NCBI GenBank assembly: GCA_963663405.2
Contig: CAXXSM010000115.1
Location: 1-27,710 of the forward strand
Length of the DNA stretch: 27,710 nt
Source: a bacterium
GTDB lineage: Bacteria; Hinthialibacterota; Hinthialibacteria; Hinthialibacterales; Hinthialibacteraceae
Direction: 5' to 3'
The notes beneath the pieces were generated by a model, which was not told the origin of the DNA, did no database searches, and saw only the letters and a list, made by a program, of their open reading frames with translations. Each line of letters opens with the position of its first letter. Within the stretch, counting starts at the first letter, position 1. The translations under genes and the position numbers were made by a program. Positions 7,582 to 15,133 of the stretch are shown piece after piece.

Positions 7582-9303
7582 CTATTCTTGTTTGGGAGAC
7601 GATTCACTTGAGGTCATTAAAAAGATCTCTTCTTCGGCGGATAAGTAGCTGGTCAATTTCTGAAACGCTTCTTCTATTTTTTGCTTCTTCTCACTTGGGG
7701 TGGAGAAATCCATTACCAGTACTTTCGATATTTCCATTCTGCGGAGTTCACTGGCTAACTGTGAATTGATGAATTCTTCTTCTTCCGGGGTGATATCTTC
7801 TCCCCTTGCAAGGGTGTTGAGTATATTCAACGCGGGGAAGGATTCTAAATATTGTTTCTTATATTGGGTCAGCCGGGAAAATTCCGAGACATAGATCGGT
7901 TGATGGTGAAATGTTTGATGGTACATGTGCAGTCCACTCATCCATGACGGCGTGAAGGGTAATTCCAATATCGGGCCGGATAGATCGCGGAAGGTGGATT
8001 TTTGCACGTTGTATTTATGAAGGACAGGCGGCCGCCATCCTGTTTCCAGCAGAAAAATCAAACTACAGAACACAGTGATCCCTATGAACCAGCCCTTTGA
8101 CACTCGCGCTCGGAACTGAGCGTCCAGCCATGCGGCTCCGATGATGGTCAAGCCTAGGAAACCGATATAGGCGAAGCGCGCGAAGACGCGGATCGATGTG
8201 AGCGTGGGAATGAGTTCCATAATGATGGCGGGCAGGGGGATGGGGATGGAATAGATCGTGACCGGGTGAGAGTTGAACTGCAGAAACGGTCCCATCGATA
8301 AAAGAAGAAACGTTACCGTTAGCAGAACGAGAAAACGGGATTGACTGCGTTTCATGGCCAGGCTCTTTCGCATAAGACAGCCAAGTAATCCTAACGAAAA
8401 AAACAAAAGACCGGGATGGAGCAGGAATTCACCCCACGGGCGGAAAGAGATTTTACATAGTGGGAACATCCATGCGGGAAGGATGAGAAAGAGCATGTCC
8501 ATGGACCAGAAGGCGGAGAATTTCATGTCGATCGAATCAACGCCGGATTGCAACATGGGCGATGTGTCATGAAAGTAGAGAAGGAGTGACGCGGCGATCA
8601 CGATGGATGGGATCGCGATGACTGTTATTGCCCTGCGATATGCGGCCGCATTCCGATTTTCCCAAATCCAGCCGAGCTGACGAAGCGCGAAGTAACCTGC
8701 GGCAAAGAGTCCATAGTACCAATCGGTAAAGAGTGCGAGCAGCCATGCGAGTGTGAAGAGCGTCAGATCACGCCCCATTTTTTTCCTGCGCGCCAGTTGT
8801 TCGCAGGCGTAAAAGGCGAGGAAGATCCAGGGGGTTGAAAAGAGATTCAAGTGGATTTGGTGTATCCACCGGTATGGATTGAACGCGGCAACGAAACCAA
8901 CCAATGCGGACGCTGTGATGGAAAGCCCAAAACACCGCGCCCAGAGAGAGGCAAAGACGCCGGTTAAGAACGTCCAAACGAGGAAGAGGAGATTGTAGGC
9001 CATGTTGGCGCCAAAGATTGCTGTGATGGGGGCCGCGATCAATCCATTGGCGATTGAAAGGGTGTGGTATCGCAGGTCACAACCCCAGGGAAAAAAGATA
9101 TAATTCGAACGCAGGGGTGAGACGTGTTTTTCAAAGAGAGCGTAATAGACCCACCATAGGTTCCATAGATTCGTCCCTTTATCTCCAGCGGGGATAGTGG
9201 CGAGATGATAGTTTGGATACAGGAGAATGGGAAGACAAGAAGCGGCTGTGAGTCCGCAAAAGATCCATACGAACGGCGCCGCGCCGCTTTGGAAAAGGCG
9301 CAT
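7582..9303 (-). CDS. multi-pass membrane protein, YfhO-like/GT-C glycosyltransferase
   Basis: ~12 hydrophobic segments; 'GD..TNLWNLWW' in the first loop, 'IRVFARF', 'ILELP', 'HQTFHHQPI'; start uncertain (ATG 9303; ORF extends to 9375). Confidence 0.7.
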   Translation of the reverse strand: MRLFQSGAAPFVWIFCGLTAASCLPILLYPNYHLATIPAGDKGTNLWNLWWVYYALFEKHVSPLRSNYIFFPWGCDLRYHTLSIANGLIAAPITAIFGANMAYNLLFLVWTFLTGVFASLWARCFGLSITASALVGFVAAFNPYRWIHQIHLNLFSTPWIFLAFYACEQLARRKKMGRDLTLFTLAWLLALFTDWYYGLFAAGYFALRQLGWIWENRNAAAYRRAITVIAIPSIVIAASLLLYFHDTSPMLQSGVDSIDMKFSAFWSMDMLFLILPAWMFPLCKISFRPWGEFLLHPGLLFFSLGLLGCLMRKSLAMKRSQSRFLVLLTVTFLLLSMGPFLQFNSHPVTIYSIPIPLPAIIMELIPTLTSIRVFARFAYIGFLGLTIIGAAWLDAQFRARVSKGWFIGITVFCSLIFLLETGWRPPVLHKYNVQKSTFRDLSGPILELPFTPSWMSGLHMYHQTFHHQPIYVSEFSRLTQYKKQYLESFPALNILNTLARGEDITPEEEEFINSQLASELRRMEISKVLVMDFSTPSEKKQKIEEAFQKLTSYLSAEEEIFLMTSSESSPKQE

Positions 9304-11029
9304 TGAAATTGCCGCTCCCGCTGGTTTGGGATTGGGGCTGTTGGTTTTGTTCATTCTCTCCATGCCGCAAGACATTGTATGGGGGGATGGGCCTGAATTG
9401 GCCGCGAGCGCCTGGACGCTGGGCGTTCCCCATCCGACCGGATATTCATCTTACATGCTTGGGCTGCGTTTGTTCCAGTGGCTCCCGCTGGGAACGGTCG
9501 CTTTTCGCAGTAATTTATTCTCGGCGGTCTGTATGGCGCTGGCCGCCGTGGTTCTGTTTTCGTTTTTGAAACAATCGTTGGGGGGCTGGTATGGGGAGCG
9601 GTTATCATTAACGGTTCTTCCTGCGTTTTGCGCTTCTCTCGCTTGTTTCTTGACTCCTGTCGTCTGGTCTCAATCTGTAATCGCGGAAGTATACGCGTTA
9701 TTCATTCTTCAATTTGCGCTTGGATTCTATCTTCTTGGGTATCTTGTTGATGATCGGCGTTCCGCTTTGGCTCCCTTGCTTTTTTTATCGGGGTGGATGA
9801 TGGTTCATCACCGTTTGTCGGTGTTTCTGCTGTTTCTTGCAGGTGGATTGTATTTATTTATTTTGCTTTGGCGGCTTCGTACTCCTAAGAGTGAAAGGGG
9901 GGAGAGGTTGAAATTCTCCCCAATGTATTTGTTATTTCTTATTATCCCGCTCCTTTGTCTGCTCTATTTTCCTTTCCGGGCGATGCAGGATCCACCGGTT
10001 AACTGGTTCGATCCAGATGTGTTCGATCGATTTGTTGAATTGAATCGAGGGGGGCAATTTGGCGGTATTATTAGTTCTTATGTGCTGATGAATCTTAAAT
10101 TCCATCATCTTATTGTATTTGTTCTGCCATTGCTCAATTATAGTTTTTTGGCGATTCCCGCATTGTATGGATTTTATGTTCTAATTAACCGTGAGTATTG
10201 GTTGGGGTACTCGTGTTTCTTTTTATTTTTTGTCCATCAAGTTTTTCTATTAATATATGCGCCGGGGGATTGGCAGGTTTTTCTTTTGCCCGCTACTGTT
10301 GTGGTTAGCGCGCCACTCGCGTGGGGAATCGCGGAGATTCTCTTTCGGATTCAGCAGTGGGATTTATCCTGCCGTTTGTATTCTACTATTTTAGTGGGAA
10401 TCGTCCTTGTCTCGGCGCTTCCTTTGTTTGTGATTTTTGATGAAATGGGAGGATTGATTCCTCCTAGTATTAATAAGAATCCGTTTCCACTTTCGTTTCA
10501 ATCGGCTTATAACCGATTTTGCGCGATCGGTGATACAAACGCCGCTGACTATGGGCGCCAGGTATGGACCTCCGTTCCTCCTGGTGTTCCCATCTTAACA
10601 GGATTCAATAGTGAAACTGCGGATAATGAATACTATCCGCTTCTCTATCAACAAGTGGTTGAACGTTGTGGAGAAGAAACCGCTTTGATTGGAGCGGGAT
10701 TTTTACTCTATGATTGGTACCGAAGGCAAGTGAACGCTTCGTTGGCGCTTGATTTGGAAATGCGCGGCGGCCGTTATTTCCTTAGCAAAGAAGCGTGGCT
10801 CGAAAACATGTGGGGAACCGTGCTGCAGCCTTGTTTGGACCGGGGGCCGGTGGCGGTGACTACCTATCCACTTCCTGCATTGTGGTATCAGAGCGCCTAT
10901 GTCGAAGATTTAGTCAATCAAAACGTGATCGATTTATCCTACGTTCCACGTTCGTACCGGTTTTTTATTCCAAAGGGACATGTTCTTTTACTCACTTCGA
11001 GAAATGCGAAGAATCCGGTTGGAGAATGA
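9227..11029 (+). CDS. DUF2723 (TMEM260-like) GT-C membrane protein
   Basis: 'GDGPELA....LGVPHPTGY', 'WSQSVIAEVY' DUF2723 motifs; many TM segments; start uncertain (9227 or GTG 9248). Confidence 0.8.
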   Translation: MGRQEAAVSPQKIHTNGAAPLWKRRIEIAAPAGLGLGLLVLFILSMPQDIVWGDGPELAASAWTLGVPHPTGYSSYMLGLRLFQWLPLGTVAFRSNLFSAVCMALAAVVLFSFLKQSLGGWYGERLSLTVLPAFCASLACFLTPVVWSQSVIAEVYALFILQFALGFYLLGYLVDDRRSALAPLLFLSGWMMVHHRLSVFLLFLAGGLYLFILLWRLRTPKSERGERLKFSPMYLLFLIIPLLCLLYFPFRAMQDPPVNWFDPDVFDRFVELNRGGQFGGIISSYVLMNLKFHHLIVFVLPLLNYSFLAIPALYGFYVLINREYWLGYSCFFLFFVHQVFLLIYAPGDWQVFLLPATVVVSAPLAWGIAEILFRIQQWDLSCRLYSTILVGIVLVSALPLFVIFDEMGGLIPPSINKNPFPLSFQSAYNRFCAIGDTNAADYGRQVWTSVPPGVPILTGFNSETADNEYYPLLYQQVVERCGEETALIGAGFLLYDWYRRQVNASLALDLEMRGGRYFLSKEAWLENMWGTVLQPCLDRGPVAVTTYPLPALWYQSAYVEDLVNQNVIDLSYVPRSYRFFIPKGHVLLLTSRNAKNPVGE

Positions 11030-12825
11030 TTGTGATTGCAGGTGGTGAACGAATCAATTTGAATCAGTGGGAGCGTGTCCTCGCATGCGTTGTACTTGTA
11101 ACAACGCCATTGATCATCTCTCCTGAAACCGTCGATTCGTATTTGATGCCAAAATATGTATGGGTTGGGTTGTTAACCGCTGTCTGGCTATTGTTGATCG
11201 CCGCTCGTGTGGGATCATTGCAATGGAACGCAAGCTCAGTGGATTGGCCGTTGCTGGCGCTTTTCGTTGTTTTTCTTTTTACAGTGATCGTACACTACCG
11301 GACGCCGCTTCAGATACAAGGATTGATCCGCTTTTTGTTATTTGCCGCTTTATTTTATTTGTTCCAGCGGGTATGGAGGATGGGGCTTTCACCGGTTTGG
11401 GTTGCGTTGGCGCTTCTTATTACCGCGTGTTTGGTTTCGCTGTATGGGATCTTGCAGGATTATGGTTATGATTTCGCTCACGCTGTCGGGGGAGTGCGGG
11501 ATTGGCGGGCGAAGGTAATCGCTACGTTGGGGAATCCGAATTTCTTGGGTGGGTATTTGGCGGTATGTCTGCCGGTTGTTCTCTCGCTTGGATTACGGAG
11601 AGCGACATGTTGGTTTCGATTTTCCGGAGTATTCTTTGCCGTTTTTCTTATTACTGGTTGTCTGGCGGTTACGTTTTGCGTTGGGGCGGTGACGGGATTG
11701 ATTATTGCTCTATTGTTCGGCGTCTCATTCGCGATTGGTCTGCGGGTAGTTCCCCGGTTTTCTCTTTGGAAGATGGGCGTTCTGGCGTTGGGGATGTTTA
11801 TCGCAGTTGGATGGTATCTGTTTGAGAATCCATACAACAGTCATGGGCGTTCGCTTTATCGGGAAGCGTGGGAGTCCTCGCATTGGTGGTCCGGCATGGG
11901 CGCGAGGAATTTTAATTGGCGGACGACCCGTCTTATGATTAACGATCGTCCATTGACCGGCATCGGTTTCAGTAATTATTTGACCGTTCACGAACATTAC
12001 CAGGGGATCAATTATAAAATTCAGGGGCGCGCTCACGATCGAGATTATGTTATTCCTGTCGATCAACCTCACTTTCAATTATTGGAGACGGCGTCGGAGA
12101 CCGGTCCACTGGGCGTGTTCGTTATGCTCTGGTTATTTCTCGCGTGGATGCGAGCGGCGATTCGAACATTGCGGAACGATCCGCATCCTTGGTTTGCATG
12201 GGGGGCGTTCTTGGGCGCCATCGTGGCGGTGGGGCATTCGTTTTCAAGTTTTCCTTTTCATTTGCCCGCTACGTCGTTGGCCGTAACGGCGCTGGCGTCC
12301 TATCACGTTCGCGAAGTGAAGTCTTCCACCGTTTCGCCTTCTCCACGCGTATATTGGAAAACCGCTGTTTGCGTTTTCTTTGCCGTGATCCTTTGTGTCA
12401 CTGGTTATTGTGAATTTGTGGCCAATCGATATTTGCGTCAGGGGATTGAAAGTCAGGGATTGCGGTCGGTCTCTTATTTAGAACGGGCGCGCCAATTCTA
12501 TCCTTATTCACATTTGACTCATTTTTATCTTGGAATCCGGTATGTCGAACAAGGTTGGATGGGGCAGGCGGAAAACGCATGGAATCAGGCGCTCCAGTAT
12601 CAAGAAGATCTCACTATTCATGATTATCTAAAAAAACTGCATCTCCAACAAGGCGATTTGGAAGGCGCTATTCACGAACAGAGACGCGTTGTTGAATTAA
12701 ATCCCGCTTATCCAGGCCATTTCCGGGATCTCGCGGCGCTCTTGCGACAGGCTGGGCGAGAAGATGAAATCCCCTCGATGGAAGCGCAGGCGCGGATGTT
12801 GGAAAAGCAACTTGAATTGGAATGA
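11026..12825 (+). CDS. O-antigen ligase (Wzy_C)-family membrane protein with C-terminal TPRs
   Basis: 'ATLGNPNFLGGYL', 'R..NW.....MI.DRPLTGIG', H...L...SETG.LG, FPFH; TPR-like tail; ATG 11026 overlaps the upstream TGA (ATGA). Confidence 0.85.
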   Translation: MIVIAGGERINLNQWERVLACVVLVTTPLIISPETVDSYLMPKYVWVGLLTAVWLLLIAARVGSLQWNASSVDWPLLALFVVFLFTVIVHYRTPLQIQGLIRFLLFAALFYLFQRVWRMGLSPVWVALALLITACLVSLYGILQDYGYDFAHAVGGVRDWRAKVIATLGNPNFLGGYLAVCLPVVLSLGLRRATCWFRFSGVFFAVFLITGCLAVTFCVGAVTGLIIALLFGVSFAIGLRVVPRFSLWKMGVLALGMFIAVGWYLFENPYNSHGRSLYREAWESSHWWSGMGARNFNWRTTRLMINDRPLTGIGFSNYLTVHEHYQGINYKIQGRAHDRDYVIPVDQPHFQLLETASETGPLGVFVMLWLFLAWMRAAIRTLRNDPHPWFAWGAFLGAIVAVGHSFSSFPFHLPATSLAVTALASYHVREVKSSTVSPSPRVYWKTAVCVFFAVILCVTGYCEFVANRYLRQGIESQGLRSVSYLERARQFYPYSHLTHFYLGIRYVEQGWMGQAENAWNQALQYQEDLTIHDYLKKLHLQQGDLEGAIHEQRRVVELNPAYPGHFRDLAALLRQAGREDEIPSMEAQARMLEKQLELE

Positions 12826-12848
12826 TGGATTTGCTGTCCAACATTCTA

Positions 12849-12877
12849 TAGACTTTTCAATATCCGTACTATATATT
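12849..12877 (+). promoter_or_regulatory. possible sigma70 promoter for the repeat-mazEF transcript
   Basis: TAGACT (12849-54), N17, TATATT (12872-77). Confidence 0.35.
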
Positions 12878-12902
12878 TAATACTATACAAACTGTTATTA
12901 TA

Positions 12903-13072
12903 GAGATTACAACGTGCAAATGAAAATGAGTCGCGGAAGTGTTTGCGAACGAGATCGTTCAGGGGATTCCATTTCATATAAACCATCATGATTGAGATCA
13001 CAACGTGCGATGAAAATGAGTTGCGAGAGTTATCGCGAACGAACTAGCCTCGGAAACTCATTTTCATATAAA
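12903..13072 (+). repeat. two tandem imperfect ~80-bp structured repeats (period ~90 bp)
   Basis: copies at 12903-12982 and 12994-13072 share GAGATYACAACGTGC, ATGAAAATGAGT, GCGAACGA and TTTCATATAAA; each has an internal inverted repeat. Confidence 0.85.
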
Positions 13073-13089
13073 AGAACAGAAGGTGTATT

Positions 13090-13332
13090 ATGAGTTCTCA
13101 GCTAGTCAAATGGGGAGATAGTTTAGCCGTCCAAATTCCAAAAGAGTTGGCCGAACGGGCTCAGTTGCATGAAGGAGATCCCCTTGATCTCTCTCTTAAC
13201 GAAGAGGGCGCCGTGGTGATCCGCCCGATTGTCCGTAAACAGCATCTAGACCAACTTATTGATCAAATTACACCCCAAAATCAGCATCATGAAACCGATT
13301 GGGGGGAACCAATGGGGAAAGAGATATGGTAG
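13090..13332 (+). CDS. mazE: MazE/AbrB-family antitoxin
   Basis: 'KWGDSLAVQIPK', 'LDQLIDQITPQNQH.ETDWG.P.GKEIW'. Confidence 0.92.
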   Translation: MSSQLVKWGDSLAVQIPKELAERAQLHEGDPLDLSLNEEGAVVIRPIVRKQHLDQLIDQITPQNQHHETDWGEPMGKEIW

Positions 13333-13673
13333 AGCAAGATCCTTTCATTCCCGATCGAGGTGATTTGATCTGGCTCAACTTTTCACCATTTGCTGGTCGG
13401 GAACAGGCTGGCCGGCGGCCAGCGATTGTTCTCTCTCCCGCTCGTTATAATAACCGGAGTGGTTTAGCGTTAGTATGTCCTATCACCAGCCGTAAAAAAG
13501 GCTATCCTTTCGAGGTTTGTATACCCAACGATTCAGCTATTGTAGGCGTCATTTTATCAGATCATATAAAAAGTGTTGATTGGAAAGAGCGGGTAGCGGA
13601 ATATGCAGGGAAAGCGCCTTCCGAAACAGTGAAGGAAGTTCTCGATCGTCTATTCTTATTATTAGAGAAATGA
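13326..13673 (+). CDS. mazF: MazF/PemK endoribonuclease toxin
   Basis: 'PDRGDLIWLNFSP..GREQAGRRPAIVLSP..YN', 'CPITS..KGYPFEV'; ATG 13326 overlaps the end of mazE. Confidence 0.93.
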   Translation: MVEQDPFIPDRGDLIWLNFSPFAGREQAGRRPAIVLSPARYNNRSGLALVCPITSRKKGYPFEVCIPNDSAIVGVILSDHIKSVDWKERVAEYAGKAPSETVKEVLDRLFLLLEK

Positions 13674-13840
13674 ATTCACTAGACGTGTCTCGCTGACGTG
13701 AAGATAATTAAACACTGCCCTGTCGCTCCATGTAAAAACAATGTGAATTGCTCATCAAAGTATTTGTTGGTGCGTTCGAATTAGAGTCTAGGATATACAT
13801 TACATACAATATCTGTTTACAAGATCATTGAGAGAGCAGA

Positions 13841-14497
13841 ATGAATGCTGAATATCCAGAGTTTGATTACTGTGAATCATTCGGTACGATTCCGATCTAT
13901 TCTCATTCTGTGAAGATGAAACGCAATAGCACGGCCAGGATGTTTGATCTTTTAAGTCCGTTCTATGATACGATCATTTCGGGGATCTGCCGACTTCGAG
14001 GAGGACGTTCGTATGAAGAGCGTATTCGAAGGGAAGCTCTTGGGCAGCTGGATTTCAAGCGGGGGCATCGGTTGCTTGACGTAGGGATTGGCACAGGTGT
14101 CAATTATTTGTATCTCCAGCCATGTCCACAGTCTATAGTGGGAGTTGATTTTTCGATCGGTATGTTGCGCCAATGTGCCCGGCGTTTTCAGAAACTGGGG
14201 ATTCAGGGTGAATTGTTTTGTCATTCCGCCGAGAAATTATACTTTGCAAATGACGAGTTTGACCGCATCCTGTGTGGCAATGTGCTGGGGGATAAAACAT
14301 CGAATCATCGTGTGATCAAAGAAATGTTACGCGTCCTTAAGCCAACGGGGAAACTCGTCATTACGGCGCATACATCCTGGTTGTCTCGACAAGAAGAACC
14401 GCTTTTTCAGGGGATGGATCGAGAGATCCTGGTAACGAAACCAGCACAGAGCCTTATTACTATTATCGCCATTCAGCCCCAGAAATCGAATAATTGA
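13841..14497 (+). CDS. class I SAM-dependent methyltransferase (UbiE/PmtA-like)
   Basis: LLDVGIGTG, GVDFS.GML, FDRI, EMLRVLKP.G; start uncertain. Confidence 0.8.
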   Translation: MNAEYPEFDYCESFGTIPIYSHSVKMKRNSTARMFDLLSPFYDTIISGICRLRGGRSYEERIRREALGQLDFKRGHRLLDVGIGTGVNYLYLQPCPQSIVGVDFSIGMLRQCARRFQKLGIQGELFCHSAEKLYFANDEFDRILCGNVLGDKTSNHRVIKEMLRVLKPTGKLVITAHTSWLSRQEEPLFQGMDREILVTKPAQSLITIIAIQPQKSNN

Positions 14498-14644
14498 TCG
14501 AATATTCGGGTTGACCGCGCTCAGTGATTTATGGTCAATAGGTTAATTCTTTAGAATCACACAAAGCGAAAGAGGTGGAATTCCGAACAACCCGTTTGTG
14601 GATCGCTCCTCAAAGCGTACTCCAATATCGGATGATCCCCCCCC

Positions 14645-14710
14645 AAAAAAAATAAAAAAAAGTTCTTGACAAACGTTCTTTATCTCGTACAATTGAACTA
14701 GTTCGCGAAC
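14645..14710 (+). promoter_or_regulatory. sigma70 promoter with candidate BlaI-type operator
   Basis: A-rich UP element; TTGACA (14666-71), N16, TACAAT (14688-93); TACA-AT-TGAA (1 mismatch to TACANNTGTA) overlaps the -10; palindromes GAACTAGTTC (14695-704) and GTTCGCGAAC (14701-710). Confidence 0.65.
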
Positions 14711-14731
14711 ATTTTTACGATGAGGTTGTTA

Positions 14732-15130
14732 ATGTCGAAAAACGAATTGAAAGTGTTAAGTCAAGCCGAGTGGAAGGTGATGAAGGTGGTTTGGAATATC
14801 CAATCCCGCGCCGCGCGGGATATTTCCGAGCAAACCAAAGCGCAATATGGGATGACGGACGTGACGACTCGGACATTGCTCCGCCGGCTGGTTGAAAAAG
14901 GGCATATCAAAACGATTCCCGTAGGCAACAGTTATCTGTATGAACCGGTTTCTTCGATGGTAGACACAATTTGCGCGGCGGCGGATGAGTTGCTCGATAA
15001 TACGCCGGGGAGGGCCGCGAAATCGTTGATGTTTCATATGGTGAACCAAGGAAAACTGTCTGGCTCTGATATTCAGGAACTGCGAACACTGCTGGACTCG
15101 TATGAGGAGAATCAAGAAGACGAGGGATAA
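14732..15130 (+). CDS. BlaI/MecI/CopY-family transcriptional repressor
   Basis: 'LSQAEWKVMKVVW', 'TTRTLLRRLVEKG', 'YLYEP', 'LS..DIQELR.LL'; ATG 14732 follows GAGG. Confidence 0.92.
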   Translation: MSKNELKVLSQAEWKVMKVVWNIQSRAARDISEQTKAQYGMTDVTTRTLLRRLVEKGHIKTIPVGNSYLYEPVSSMVDTICAAADELLDNTPGRAAKSLMFHMVNQGKLSGSDIQELRTLLDSYEENQEDEG

Positions 15131-15133
15131 ACG

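Noticed and set aside
10795-11025. N-terminal extension of the O-antigen-ligase ORF
   Set aside because: Overlaps the DUF2723 gene; the ATGA-coupled start at 11026 is more plausible.
12903-13072. CRISPR array or attC sites
   Set aside because: Only two units, similar along their whole length (no unique spacers), no cas genes, and no terminal GTT box.
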